Origin: a virus
DNA length: 64,000 bases
Virus record (IMG/VR): IMGVR_UViG_3300020048_000063
Location: 1 to 64,000 of that record
Direction: 5' to 3' (one strand)
This document shows positions 1 through 9,978 of the stretch, one piece after another. Below the pieces are notes generated by a model. That model was not told where the DNA came from. It worked only from the letters and a program-made list of their open reading frames with translations, and ran no database searches. A program made the position numbers and the translations under genes. Position 1 is the first letter of the stretch, and each line of letters opens with the position of its first letter.

Positions 1-646
1 ATCTTGCAATCAATTCATTTTTAGAAGCCTTACCAGATGAACCGCCAAGTAAAGTAGCCTTTCCATCAATTTTGGCATCTATCCACAAACTTCTGTTTAT
101 ATCAAAAACGTATTCTTTAGATGTACCTGCAACATCAGCTACATAACACCATATCTGTTTTGTTGGGATTAACGCATCACGTTCTGCAATAGTTGCTACT
201 TCAACAGTATCAAACCAATCAGCTTGTTCAGGATTTAGAGTTCTGTACGAATCATACATTATGGCCTCCCATGTAGTAATTTTTTGAACTACATTACTAA
301 AATCACTTTCTAAAGTATTTTTGTATGCAACAACTTTAAAATAGTAAGTTGTGTTGGCTGTTAATCCGGTTGCACTATATGTTTCCGTTAATCCTGATAC
401 TGTTCCTTTTTCCGTGTAGCTTACATCGTCGGTTGATATGTATATCCTATGTCCATCTTGTTTGGTATCATTCACATCAAAAGTCAAATCAACTCTTGAC
501 GAACTTGCTAAAACACCAACTAAATTATTGGGCGCTAAAAGGTTCAAATTTGTCCCTTGTATAATTTTTTCCATTGCTCTTTCACGAGCAATTTCTTTAG
601 ATATTTTCCCCTGAAACTTCCTAGGAGTTTGTCTTCTATTATTCAT
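1..646 (-). CDS. Fibronectin type III domain protein, probably virion-associated (runs off window start)
   Basis: Not in the ORF track. Manual translation from ATG at 646 is open to position 1 and contains an FN3-like segment (APNNL...VDLTF...YSATGLTANTTYYFKVVAY...SDFSNVV). Confidence 0.7.
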   Translation of the reverse strand, partial: MNNRRQTPRKFQGKISKEIARERAMEKIIQGTNLNLLAPNNLVGVLASSSRVDLTFDVNDTKQDGHRIYISTDDVSYTEKGTVSGLTETYSATGLTANTTYYFKVVAYKNTLESDFSNVVQKITTWEAIMYDSYRTLNPEQADWFDTVEVATIAERDALIPTKQIWCYVADVAGTSKEYVFDINRSLWIDAKIDGKATLLGGSSGKASKNELIAR

Positions 647-727
647 TATTTTAATAAATTGGTTAATATTAAAATAATATAATTAAAATTAAAAGTAAAG
701 TTTATCTTTTTTTATTATTTTTGAAAT

Positions 728-955
728 TTACAAACTTCTAGTTTTATTATAAATCTCTTTCAGTTTTTCTAAAATTTCTTTTTCACCATCTATAATTATT
801 TCATCACCTTCAAAGTTTTTTAACAACATTCTAGGTTTCCATAATTGATGCATTTTGGCTTCATTTATAATACTAATTGATGTATAACCTAATTTTTTTA
901 TATCAGATTCATCTAATGCTGTTATTAATTCTACAAATTCACTATCCATAAACAT
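728..955 (-). CDS. hypothetical protein
   Basis: 75 aa ORF in a tightly packed minus-strand run. Confidence 0.55.
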   Translation of the reverse strand: MFMDSEFVELITALDESDIKKLGYTSISIINEAKMHQLWKPRMLLKNFEGDEIIIDGEKEILEKLKEIYNKTRSL

Positions 956-959
956 ATTT

Positions 960-1331
960 TTACTCCTCTACTCTTAACATTATTTCTTTTTCTATTTCTT
1001 GATCTGTAATACCTAAATATTTTTCCTTAATCGCTAAATATAATCTATCTCTTTCTGTTTTCAAACTTTCTATTTTTTCATAATAAGGTCTAACAATATC
1101 CTGAATATTTTTAATTTCTTTTTCTAAAGTTATTAATCTATTATTAAGTTCTAGTGTTTTTCTCATCTCATTTAAATCAGATGCAACAATATTTTCCATC
1201 TCAGTTTTTAAATTATCAAAAGTTTTCTTTCTCGCAGCAATAAAAGGTTCTTGCTTCAAGATTTCTTTTAAATTTTCAATATAAGTTTTTCTTAACCTTG
1301 AACCTTCAATTATATATTGTTCAGCTATCAT
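960..1331 (-). CDS. hypothetical coiled-coil protein
   Basis: 123 aa, charged heptad pattern; ATGA overlap with upstream ORF. Confidence 0.65.
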   Translation of the reverse strand: MIAEQYIIEGSRLRKTYIENLKEILKQEPFIAARKKTFDNLKTEMENIVASDLNEMRKTLELNNRLITLEKEIKNIQDIVRPYYEKIESLKTERDRLYLAIKEKYLGITDQEIEKEIMLRVEE

Positions 1332-1732
1332 TCTTCAGTTATTTCTTTTTTTCGTTTTTCAATCATATATAAAATATACTCTTCTTCAGTCATTTCTACA
1401 ACTCTCTCTTTTTCTTGATCTACAGGTCTTGGTTTTTCAATCTCATATAAAACTTTATACCATTCATCCATGTCAAAATCAATATCCTCAATTTTTTCAT
1501 TTAAATCATATTCTTTATATTTTGATACTAAATATCCAACATCAAAAGGTCGTCCTGCTGGACCAGAAAAATAATCAATCAAATAACTAGATATTTGTGA
1601 AAAATCTTCCGATTCTATTGCTCTATCTATATAATAATCAGTAAGATAACCAGCCATTTTAATTATCTTCATCTCATATTCCTTGAATTTTCTAGTCACT
1701 TCAAATCTTTTATTCATTTCATCTAAGTTCAT
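1328..1732 (-). CDS. hypothetical protein
   Basis: 134 aa ORF in the same operon. Confidence 0.65.
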   Translation of the reverse strand: MNLDEMNKRFEVTRKFKEYEMKIIKMAGYLTDYYIDRAIESEDFSQISSYLIDYFSGPAGRPFDVGYLVSKYKEYDLNEKIEDIDFDMDEWYKVLYEIEKPRPVDQEKERVVEMTEEEYILYMIEKRKKEITEE

Positions 1733-1741
1733 CTCTATAAA

Positions 1742-2524
1742 TTATTTTTGTTCTGTTTCTTCTTCAATACCTAGTTCCTTATTTATTATACTCTTTAATT
1801 GTTTATATATTACTTCTTTAAGTTTTGTTGGATCTTTTAGTAATTTTTCAGAAATTAGATTTGCATAATATTCAACAGCATCGGCATCTACATTTTCTTG
1901 TACCATACCTATGAATTGTGGATTAGGTATATTTTCTTCAATTTCAACATTTAATTTAACTGGATAATTACTTTTAAACATTTTAAACATCATTTGAATA
2001 GGATCAACTTTTGGTGGCTCAGGTGCCATTACTTTTGTTATAGGTTTATCTCCATTTAAAAATCTTTCTTCTTCTTCATCCCAATTTCTATTTTGTACAT
2101 TAGGTATTTGTGCACCTGGTTGCGTTTTTCTCCATTCTTCTAACATAGCCTTTTTTTGCTCTGGTGATAATTGAATATTTTCTTCCAGCTGTTGTTGTTT
2201 AACAGCGGTTTGAGACATTGAATTATCTGAAAGAACTACTGGTGGAGTATATTTTACTTGTGCACCACCTGCTTCAGGTCCATCACTTATTTTACTGGTA
2301 TCTAAACTTTTAAGTTGATTTGCTATAACTGCTAATGGATCATTTGTGTTTAATTTTGGTTGAAAAAAAGAATTCGGATCAATTTCTAAACTTTGATCAT
2401 ATCTTTTAGTAAAAATATCTTTCTTTATTCTAACGCTATTATCTAACTCGTAAAAATTAACATCTTCGTTTACTATTCTAACTTTTTCACCTGTTGATTT
2501 GTCAACATAAACTGAATCTGACAT
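1742..2524 (-). CDS. hypothetical protein
   Basis: 260 aa ORF with A-rich leader and TAAACTTTT motif upstream. Confidence 0.75.
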   Translation of the reverse strand: MSDSVYVDKSTGEKVRIVNEDVNFYELDNSVRIKKDIFTKRYDQSLEIDPNSFFQPKLNTNDPLAVIANQLKSLDTSKISDGPEAGGAQVKYTPPVVLSDNSMSQTAVKQQQLEENIQLSPEQKKAMLEEWRKTQPGAQIPNVQNRNWDEEEERFLNGDKPITKVMAPEPPKVDPIQMMFKMFKSNYPVKLNVEIEENIPNPQFIGMVQENVDADAVEYYANLISEKLLKDPTKLKEVIYKQLKSIINKELGIEEETEQK

Positions 2525-2609
2525 AATTAATTAATTATTTTTAGGGTATATATAACATATTATTGGTTCTCTCAACAAAAGTTTAATAATAAAATTAAAT
2601 ATATAACAT

Positions 2610-3164
2610 ATGATAAAATCATTTAAATTATTTGAAAATAAGATAGATATTAATAAAAGAATAGTATTGACTGGTTCTCCTGGTACTGGCAAATCAAGTA
2701 TTGTTGATAAATTAGAAGAATTAGGCTATAATGTTATTCAAGAATCTGCAAGATATTTAATAGAATATTATCAAAAATATGAACCAGAACATCTACCTTG
2801 GAATGATAGAGATTATTTTCAAAAAGCAGTTGAAAATAAAAGTATAGATAATTTTAATAGAAATAAATCAGGCTTCTTTGATAGGTCTATAGTTGATGAG
2901 ATAGGATTTAGAACATTTTATAAATCAACAATACCTAAAGATTTAACTAATAGATGTTTAGAATATAGATACAATAAAGTATTCATATTCAGACCTTGGG
3001 AAAAAATATTTAAAAATGATTCTGTAAGAACAGAAACTTTCCAACAAACCATTGATTTAGATAAATGTATAATAGATGGATATAAAGACTTTGGCTATAA
3101 CCCAATAGATGTTATAAAAGGATCAATTGAAGATAGAGTAAAATTTATATTAGAAAATATATGA
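2610..3164 (+). CDS. AAA_28/NadR-like P-loop ATPase/kinase
   Basis: IVLTGSPGTGKS Walker A; E.AR, FFDRS, Y..VF...PW and D..R.E motifs. Confidence 0.8.
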   Translation: MIKSFKLFENKIDINKRIVLTGSPGTGKSSIVDKLEELGYNVIQESARYLIEYYQKYEPEHLPWNDRDYFQKAVENKSIDNFNRNKSGFFDRSIVDEIGFRTFYKSTIPKDLTNRCLEYRYNKVFIFRPWEKIFKNDSVRTETFQQTIDLDKCIIDGYKDFGYNPIDVIKGSIEDRVKFILENI

Positions 3165-3454
3165 AACACTTAAAAACATATGAAGAAAATAATAATTATT
3201 TAGATAATTTTATATATGTGCTTGAAGGATACCCAAAAGTAGTTGGTAAATTAGATAACAACAATAGAGGCTCAAACTATATTATTGGATATTATATGAG
3301 TGATGAACATTACGAACTAAATTATAGATATGGTAAAAGCGCACATATTATTTGGAATAAAGAAAAAGAACTACGTCCTGCAAGTCAGGAAGAAATTGAC
3401 TATTATAATAAAATAGATGAACTTGCAGATTCATCAAAAAAATACAATTTATAA
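3161..3454 (+). CDS. small protein, MKxxKxF/YE...KYNL family
   Basis: Starts MKHLKTYEE, ends SSKKYNL. Confidence 0.7.
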   Translation: MKHLKTYEENNNYLDNFIYVLEGYPKVVGKLDNNNRGSNYIIGYYMSDEHYELNYRYGKSAHIIWNKEKELRPASQEEIDYYNKIDELADSSKKYNL

Positions 3455-3470
3455 ATTTAATATATAAAGC

Positions 3471-4304
3471 ATGGAATTACGTTACTCTGAATTAAAATGG
3501 GAAGGTCAAACATATACTGAACAATGGAAAATTGATGAAATTCTAATTAAGAATAAATTTAATTGGATGGTCAATGCAGAAATAAAAAATGCTAGACTTG
3601 AAATTTTTAATGATACTCTAGTATGGAATGCAGGTATTTGGTATAATGGCGATTGGTATTTTGGTGTTTGGAGAGATGGTGAATGGAGATACGGAACTTG
3701 GCAAAATGGAGTTTGGTATAATGGTGTATGGAGAAACGGAACATTTAAATCTGGCATTATATATAAAGGTAAATTTTTTAAAGGTAAAATTGAATCAGGA
3801 GAAATTCGTGGTGGTCAATTCATTGATATGGAAATAGATCCAAAAGTTATTGAATACACTGGAGGTGAATATCAGGCAAAACAACAAGAAGAACAACAAA
3901 AATTACAACAACCCTCAACTGCGGTTGCACAACCAGCACCAACTCCAAAAACTGATGTGGTAAAAGTACATAGTACACCACCCGCAGCACAACAGCAACA
4001 ACTTGCTGCACAACCAAGAGTTCAACAAGAAAATAATCAATATAATATGAAAAAAATTAAAAATTTCAAACAATTCAATGAATCAATTGGCGAATATGAA
4101 GATAGTTTCATTGATATAAATATAGATGAAACAGATTTAGAAATGTCAAAATCAAAAACTGGCAAATTAAAACAAAAACCAGGTAAAATAATCATTGAAA
4201 CTCCAAGTAAAACAGATGCTTATAACATGAAAATGCAATATGGCGGAGAAGAAATTTCCGATGGTGAAAAACAAATTCTGACTATTAAAGATACTAAAAG
4301 ATAA
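3471..4304 (+). CDS. WxxG pentapeptide-repeat protein with Q/P-rich linker
   Basis: WNAGIWYNGDWYFGVWRDGEWRYGTWQNGVWYNGVWRNG repeats. Confidence 0.75.
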   Translation: MELRYSELKWEGQTYTEQWKIDEILIKNKFNWMVNAEIKNARLEIFNDTLVWNAGIWYNGDWYFGVWRDGEWRYGTWQNGVWYNGVWRNGTFKSGIIYKGKFFKGKIESGEIRGGQFIDMEIDPKVIEYTGGEYQAKQQEEQQKLQQPSTAVAQPAPTPKTDVVKVHSTPPAAQQQQLAAQPRVQQENNQYNMKKIKNFKQFNESIGEYEDSFIDINIDETDLEMSKSKTGKLKQKPGKIIIETPSKTDAYNMKMQYGGEEISDGEKQILTIKDTKR

Positions 4305-4340
4305 TTGACTTTAAAATTTGACTTGTGTCCTACAACAAGA

Positions 4341-4364
4341 AAACCCAGTAATACTGGGTTTTTT
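4341..4364. terminator. intrinsic terminator between convergent genes
   Basis: AAACCCAGTA-A-TACTGGGTTT hairpin with T tail. Confidence 0.75.
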
Positions 4365-4751
4365 AATGCAAATCTTCCGACGGATTAACCATATTTCTAA
4401 TATTTTTCATTATCTCATTATCTATTGATTTAGATATTTCATAAGATAATTTATGTTCCAAAACATCTGTCACCGAAACATCTTTTGAATTATTTAATAC
4501 ATGTTTTAAGAAAAAAGCATCTCTTGAATTTTCTAAAATGTTAAGCTTAACTTTTCTTACTTTTGTTTACTCATCAATGCATAGCACACAGTCATATCAA
4601 AAGAATATTCAATTTCAAAATATTCTTCCATTTTCATTTTTTCAAATCTATCTTTACATTGATATATTTTAAAGCTGCTCATCATAGAATTTGTATAATC
4701 AGATAAATCATTTATTACAGTTTTTGTCCATTTTGATGTAATTTTACTCAT
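4363..4751 (-). pseudogene. frameshifted small gene (or single-base assembly error)
   Basis: ORF 4557-4751 ends KQK*. One extra A in the A-run would continue it as VRKVKLNILENSRD...LSYEISKSIDNEIMKNI to a stop at 4363. Confidence 0.45.
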
Positions 4752-4756
4752 ATTTA

Positions 4757-5230
4757 TTATTTAATTCCTGTATGACCAAAGCCACCTTCACCTCTCTCAG
4801 TTTTAGTCAATTCCTCAACTTGATTCCATTTACACCTATCATACTTATTGATAATCATTTGTGCAATTCTTTCTTTATTTTCAACTACAAAATCCTCATT
4901 AGATAAATTTACTAATAACACTTTTACTTCACCTGTATAATCTTCATCTATTGTACCAGGTGTATTTATAACACTAATACCATGTTTTATAGCCAGACCA
5001 CTACGAGGTCTTACCTGTGCTTCATAACCTTCTGGTAATTGAATAAAAATACCTGTTGGTATCATTTTTCTTTCCATTGGTTTTAATGTTATTGGCGATT
5101 CCAAATCTGCTCTAAGGTCCATACCAGCGGCACCTTTTGAGGCATATTCAGGTAATAAATTTTTTGATTTGTTTACAATTTTTACTTCTACTTCTCTGTT
5201 AATCCAATTATTTAATGTTTCAGTCTTCAT
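4757..5230 (-). CDS. dut: trimeric dUTPase
   Basis: AGMDL, RPRSGLA, GTIDEDYTGE, RIAQM, RGEGGFGHTG motifs. Confidence 0.97.
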   Translation of the reverse strand: MKTETLNNWINREVEVKIVNKSKNLLPEYASKGAAGMDLRADLESPITLKPMERKMIPTGIFIQLPEGYEAQVRPRSGLAIKHGISVINTPGTIDEDYTGEVKVLLVNLSNEDFVVENKERIAQMIINKYDRCKWNQVEELTKTERGEGGFGHTGIK

Positions 5231-5472
5231 TCACTATTAATTATTTTTTGTAATTTTAATTTTCTTTCTTCTTGTTTAGTATAAAAATATCTTTCTGGTC
5301 TTGTTGTTGCAATAAATCCTATTATATAATCAGTCATAACATTAGGAAAATCAGGAAAGTAATGAACATCATCTATACGATATTTTTTTCCTTTTTTAAA
5401 AGTGTATCTAAATAAAGAGCCTTCTTCTCTTTCGCTCTTTTTACAAATAAGTATATCTCCCTTTTTGAACAT
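5227..5472 (-). CDS. small protein, C-terminal RKxKL family
   Basis: MFKKGDILICKK...YFYTKQEERKLKLQKI; similar to 20929-21327. Confidence 0.65.
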   Translation of the reverse strand: MFKKGDILICKKSEREEGSLFRYTFKKGKKYRIDDVHYFPDFPNVMTDYIIGFIATTRPERYFYTKQEERKLKLQKIINSE

Positions 5473-5785
5473 CGTTTATTTTTTGTAATTTTAATTTTCT
5501 TTGATATTGTTTATTATTTATAAACCAATTTATTGCTTCTTCTTTTAATTGTTTATCTATCAAAGTTTTTCCATCAATATTAGTCATTGCTTTAAGATCC
5601 TGAATTAATTCAATATTTATACTGGTTTTAACAGTAAAAATAAATCCATTTACCTTTACTGTTAACTTTCTCTCAGGCTGAAAAGGATTAAAAAGTTGGT
5701 TTGGATATGTAACATCACCAATATCAATCGTTTCAAATTTAAAATCTTTCTCAGTTAATCCCAAATCATATAATGTTACTCTCAT
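5441..5785 (-). CDS. small protein, RKxKL family, with gp23-like peptide
   Basis: IELIQDLKAMTNID segment; ends RKLKLQKIN. Confidence 0.65.
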   Translation of the reverse strand: MRVTLYDLGLTEKDFKFETIDIGDVTYPNQLFNPFQPERKLTVKVNGFIFTVKTSINIELIQDLKAMTNIDGKTLIDKQLKEEAINWFINNKQYQRKLKLQKINDVQKGRYTYL

Positions 5786-6041
5786 TTAATGTTTTTAATT
5801 TTATTTTTCTTAATTCATTTTTAGTGAAAAACAATCTATTATATTGTTTTAAAGTAAAATCTAAACGGTCAGCATAATTACCATATAATTCTTTTGTTTT
5901 TGTATTATATAATTTTAAAGAAATACTAGAACCATCAATACGGAAACCAACAATTACAAACTCTTGATATTCCTCAGGTCCTGAGAAATAATCTGTAAAT
6001 ACCTTTGTTCCTTCTTTATACTTATCTTTCATGAATTCCAA
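5766..6041 (-). CDS. small protein, RKxKL family
   Basis: Ends FFTKNELRKIKLKTLN. Confidence 0.65.
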   Translation of the reverse strand: MEFMKDKYKEGTKVFTDYFSGPEEYQEFVIVGFRIDGSSISLKLYNTKTKELYGNYADRLDFTLKQYNRLFFTKNELRKIKLKTLNESNII

Positions 6042-7135
6042 AAATCATCAATTTCTTCATTTTTCTGTTCTTTATGTTCTGCTATCCATTCTTTTACCAT
6101 TTCTATTGATTCTTCATCAGGCTTCATATTTTTGATATTATCAACAATATCTTGCTCAGAAATAGGTGCAATAAAAGCACCATCATTCATTTCTTCAATT
6201 TCATCAACCAATTTTTCTGATTGAATAGTTTTAGAAGTAATATGATTTGGATCATAATTTAATATTAAAACTTCTGTACCTTTTGTAGATTTATTCTCTG
6301 AAAAACTTGCAGATGAACGGAAAAAATCTTTTTCAATCCAAGTAAATTTATCCTTAGGAAACCAAACTTCTAAATCATCATAATAGTAATATGAAAGAGC
6401 CCATCTTGCTTTTGTACCTTTAAGCAAATCTGCCAATCTTTTATGTGATAATCTACCAAATTTGCTATCATCCTTTACACCATACCAATTTAATCTATTA
6501 TCCTTAGGATCTTCATAAGGTGGGTCTAAATAAAAAAACGTTTTTTCATCATCATATTTAGTTATAAATTCTTCAAAATCAATACTTTCAAATGATTTTA
6601 TTTTGTCCAATTTCTTTTGATATTTTATATCTTTAAGTTTGTTTTGAAAAGCATTTAATTTTAATCTTGTATCTTGAACACCTGAAAACCCAGCAGCCTT
6701 GGGAAAACAACCATTAAACGCTGATGTTATTAAAAATGAATATTTCATTCCTACCTCATAATCAGGTATAACAAAATTATCATCTTCTAAAAATGTATTT
6801 TGTGAATTATTCTTGAAATCATAATAAAGATTCTTATAAAATTCTTTAAAAGCAACAGGATCAGATTTATCTGCATATAAAAAGCCACCAGGTTTTAATG
6901 CTGTTTCTATAACAGATGTAAATTTATTATAATCTTTTGCACAAGCAAATAAATTTGTTGTGTATCTATTTATATCATTATATCTCACAGTTTTAACGTG
7001 ACTATAATCCAATTTTGTATTAAAATATACCCAGAAAGAACCAGAAAATGGTTCTGCATATGTATCTATATCTTTTGGTATGAACTGATAAATCCATTCA
7101 CCCATTTTTGATTTTCCACCGAAAAATGAAAGCAT
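6029..7135 (-). CDS. D12-class (Dam-like) DNA adenine methyltransferase
   Basis: FGGKS, YAEPFSGS, YNDIN, FFYLDPPY, EVLILNY motifs. Confidence 0.9.
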   Translation of the reverse strand: MLSFFGGKSKMGEWIYQFIPKDIDTYAEPFSGSFWVYFNTKLDYSHVKTVRYNDINRYTTNLFACAKDYNKFTSVIETALKPGGFLYADKSDPVAFKEFYKNLYYDFKNNSQNTFLEDDNFVIPDYEVGMKYSFLITSAFNGCFPKAAGFSGVQDTRLKLNAFQNKLKDIKYQKKLDKIKSFESIDFEEFITKYDDEKTFFYLDPPYEDPKDNRLNWYGVKDDSKFGRLSHKRLADLLKGTKARWALSYYYYDDLEVWFPKDKFTWIEKDFFRSSASFSENKSTKGTEVLILNYDPNHITSKTIQSEKLVDEIEEMNDGAFIAPISEQDIVDNIKNMKPDEESIEMVKEWIAEHKEQKNEEIDDFWNS

Positions 7136-7215
7136 AATTAAATAATTATTTTTCTTTATTTATCATTTTTAATCACATTTGTTTAAACAAAATTTTTTAT
7201 ATAAAGAAAAATAAT

Positions 7216-7223
7216 TATATTTG
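7216..7223 (+). promoter_or_regulatory. Bacteroidota-type -7 promoter element (TATATTTG)
   Basis: Matches TAnnTTTG with upstream T-tract; precedes prs. Confidence 0.65.
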
Positions 7224-7267
7224 TGAACTTTCAAGTTTAAAATTAATATAAACTAAAAAACTTTTTT

Positions 7268-8284
7268 ATGTCAGTTAAAATCTTTTCAAGTTCAAAATCA
7301 ACCTATTTAGCAGAAAAAATAGCACTCTCATATGGTATACCATTGAGTAAGAGTAATTTCAAAGTCTTTTCAGACGGAGAATTTTGTCACGGATTAGATG
7401 AAAGTGTGCGAGGAGATAAAGTATTTTTAGTTTCTTCTTTATATTCTTCTTATAACGAGGCAGATAGAATTCTGGAACTTATTCCACCTGAAAAACACGC
7501 AGAAGCAAGAGAATATCTTCAATATTTAATTTCATCTTCAGATAGTGTTTTAGAACTATTACAAATGATTGATGCCGCAAAAAGAGCATCTGCCGCTGAT
7601 ATTGTTGCAGTTATTCCCTACTTCGGTTGGGCTCGTCAAGACAGAAAAGATAAACCAAGAGTTCCAATTACAGCAAAATTACTTGCTAATATGATAGAAA
7701 CTGCCGGTGCCACCAGAGTTATTACTATTGACTTACACGCAGACCAGATCCAAGGTTTCTTTGATATTCCTGTTGACGCACTTAAAAGTTCATATGTTTT
7801 CTTACCTTATATTGAATCTTTGAATCTTAAAAATTTAGTTGTAGGTTCACCAGACGAAGGTGGTGGAAAACGAGTAAAACCATACGCAGAATATTTCAAA
7901 ACCCGTATGATATTTATGTATAAAGAAAGAAGTCAAGCCAATTTGATTGATAAAATGGAACTTATTGGTGATGTAAATGGATGTGATGTTGTTTTTATAG
8001 ATGATATTATTGATACCGCAGGTACAATTACAACAGCCGCAGATGTTCTTATAAATAAAAAAGGAGCAAAATCTGTCAGAGCATGTATTCCTCACGCAGT
8101 ACTTTCTGGACCAGCATTTGAAAGAATAGAAAAATCAAAAATTACAGAAATTGCAATTATGGACACTATTCCATTAACGCATAAATGTGATAAAATTAAA
8201 ATATTAAGTTCATCAGACCTTCTTGCACTAACAATAGGAAAAATGAATTCAAACGAGTCAATATCAAACTTGTTTAAAAAATAA
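7268..8284 (+). CDS. prs: ribose-phosphate pyrophosphokinase
   Basis: FSDGE, ESVRG, PYFGWARQDRK, DLHADQIQGFF, SPDEGG, DDIIDTAGT. Confidence 0.97.
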   Translation: MSVKIFSSSKSTYLAEKIALSYGIPLSKSNFKVFSDGEFCHGLDESVRGDKVFLVSSLYSSYNEADRILELIPPEKHAEAREYLQYLISSSDSVLELLQMIDAAKRASAADIVAVIPYFGWARQDRKDKPRVPITAKLLANMIETAGATRVITIDLHADQIQGFFDIPVDALKSSYVFLPYIESLNLKNLVVGSPDEGGGKRVKPYAEYFKTRMIFMYKERSQANLIDKMELIGDVNGCDVVFIDDIIDTAGTITTAADVLINKKGAKSVRACIPHAVLSGPAFERIEKSKITEIAIMDTIPLTHKCDKIKILSSSDLLALTIGKMNSNESISNLFKK

Positions 8285-8294
8285 TTAATTATGG

Positions 8295-8552
8295 ATGAAA
8301 GCAAAGACTCTTTATAATGAGCAATATGTAGAATGTGAATATGACATATATTTTAATGACGTATTAGAACTAATAGACACATGCACAGAAAATGAAAAAC
8401 ATCAAATTCTTAATCAACTTAATGCTAATGATATTATTGTTTGTAATACATTAGAAGATGAAGAAAAATTGAAAATTTTTAAAGTTGCATTTGAAAAGTA
8501 TAATGTACCACAATTAATGGAAAAATTAAACATTAATTATATTGATATGTAA
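8295..8552 (+). CDS. hypothetical protein
   Basis: 85 aa ORF after prs. Confidence 0.6.
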   Translation: MKAKTLYNEQYVECEYDIYFNDVLELIDTCTENEKHQILNQLNANDIIVCNTLEDEEKLKIFKVAFEKYNVPQLMEKLNINYIDM

Positions 8553-8606
8553 AACTTTTTAAAAAATTTATAATAAGAGTTAAATAACCTTAAAATAAAT
8601 AATAAA

Positions 8607-8822
8607 ATGTTTGACAAATCCTACGAAATTATGCTTATGAGTTCACCTGATGGTGAAAGAATTACTGAATATTATTCAACCATTATTCCAATGGTTAATG
8701 ATATTATTACCAACGACCAATACGATGATGAAGATGAACAAGATTATCTTGTTATTGAAAGACACTTCTCAATACGAAATCAAAGAGTTGTACTCTTAGT
8801 AAAAATCATGGAAAATGAATGA
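8607..8822 (+). CDS. hypothetical protein
   Basis: 71 aa, A-rich leader, overlap with next gene. Confidence 0.6.
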   Translation: MFDKSYEIMLMSSPDGERITEYYSTIIPMVNDIITNDQYDDEDEQDYLVIERHFSIRNQRVVLLVKIMENE

Positions 8823-9010
8823 TTCAACTTTGTTCAAAAGAAGTTAAAGTCGGTGATTTTAAAGTAAATAGCATGGTTACTCAAGAAATGATTGATGATA
8901 TCAGAAACTTTAAAAGTTGGGAAGATGTTCTAAGAGAATCTGAAATTGAAGAAAAACAGAAACTTAGAAAAGAAAAGTTAAATAAAATTAATCAAATAGC
9001 AAATGAATAG
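8819..9010 (+). CDS. small protein, RKxKL family
   Basis: Ends LRKEKLNKIN. Confidence 0.6.
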   Translation: MIQLCSKEVKVGDFKVNSMVTQEMIDDIRNFKSWEDVLRESEIEEKQKLRKEKLNKINQIANE

Positions 9011-9275
9011 TGAGGTTTGGGTAACTATATATGGAGATATGCCTTTTTCAAAACAAAGAGAAATAGACAAAAAAGCATTTTCAAAATATTATGATGATTG
9101 TTTTTATGATGATTCTGAAGATAATTTTATAACAAAACTATCATCATCCACACCCATAAAAACACCTCCATTAACTTTCAATAGTTTCTATGGTACTGAA
9201 ATACACTTAAAATATATAAGAATATTTTTAAGAAAAGAAAAAATAAAAGAAATAAATAAAAAAGCCGATTATTAA
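9003..9275 (+). CDS. small protein, RKxKL family
   Basis: Ends LRKEKIKEIN. Confidence 0.6.
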   Translation: MNSEVWVTIYGDMPFSKQREIDKKAFSKYYDDCFYDDSEDNFITKLSSSTPIKTPPLTFNSFYGTEIHLKYIRIFLRKEKIKEINKKADY

Positions 9276-9286
9276 TCGGCTTTTTT
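9261..9286 (+). terminator. intrinsic terminator
   Basis: AAAGCCGATT-ATT-AATCGGCTTT followed by T run. Confidence 0.7.
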
Positions 9287-9311
9287 ATTTTATATATAGA
9301 GGTAAATTGAT

Positions 9312-9542
9312 ATGGGACACATGGGAAATATACAAAAAATTTTATTTGCAATATTTGCAGCTTGTATTCTAATTCTAGGAGTATATATTGTAAATTTTTC
9401 AGAAAAAAATAGAGAATTAATAAATAAAAATAATATCGCAATTGAAATAAATGATAGTTTACATAAAAAATCACTTGAAAATGATTCAATACATTTTAAA
9501 AATGATTCAATTATAATAAAACTATTAAAAGAAAAGAAATAA
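9312..9542 (+). CDS. small membrane protein
   Basis: N-terminal hydrophobic helix ILFAIFAACILILGVYIV. Confidence 0.55.
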   Translation: MGHMGNIQKILFAIFAACILILGVYIVNFSEKNRELINKNNIAIEINDSLHKKSLENDSIHFKNDSIIIKLLKEKK

Positions 9543-9543
9543 A

Positions 9544-9978
9544 TTATTTCCATTCATTTTCAAAATCTTCTCTCATTTTTTCATATTTCTTATACATTTC
9601 AAGAAATCTTTCTGTCTCTTGAATTGATACAATTTTACAACTCATAAACATTGGAAATCCATTACAACTTCTTGGACCAGCTTCTGAGTGATATTCATAA
9701 AGCATACCAATATTCTTAATAAACTCTTCCCTTGCTGGTGTTTCTTTTTCATAATCCAAAACAGCTTGAATATGATTAAGTTTGTTTTTTCTATTTACTT
9801 GATTATCAGAAACAAGAGAAGGTGCTGTAGGAGCAGAACCAAAAAACATCATTGGCATAAATACCATCATTGAATTTTGCATACCGCAATGCAAAGAAGT
9901 AAAGATTTTTGCATCGTATACCTCACGAACAAGAGTTTTCATTTCCTCCTCAGTAAAAATTTTATGGTCCCAATTCAT
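9544..9978 (-). CDS. hypothetical protein
   Basis: 144 aa; YEY..EAGPRSCNGFPMFMSC segment. Confidence 0.7.
   Translation of the reverse strand: MNWDHKIFTEEEMKTLVREVYDAKIFTSLHCGMQNSMMVFMPMMFFGSAPTAPSLVSDNQVNRKNKLNHIQAVLDYEKETPAREEFIKNIGMLYEYHSEAGPRSCNGFPMFMSCKIVSIQETERFLEMYKKYEKMREDFENEWK

Noticed and set aside
2610-8284. Complete NAD+ reconstitution/salvage pathway (Prs with NadR-like and NUDIX genes)
   Set aside because: No Nampt- or Namat-like gene is in this window, and Prs looks like a standard enzyme.
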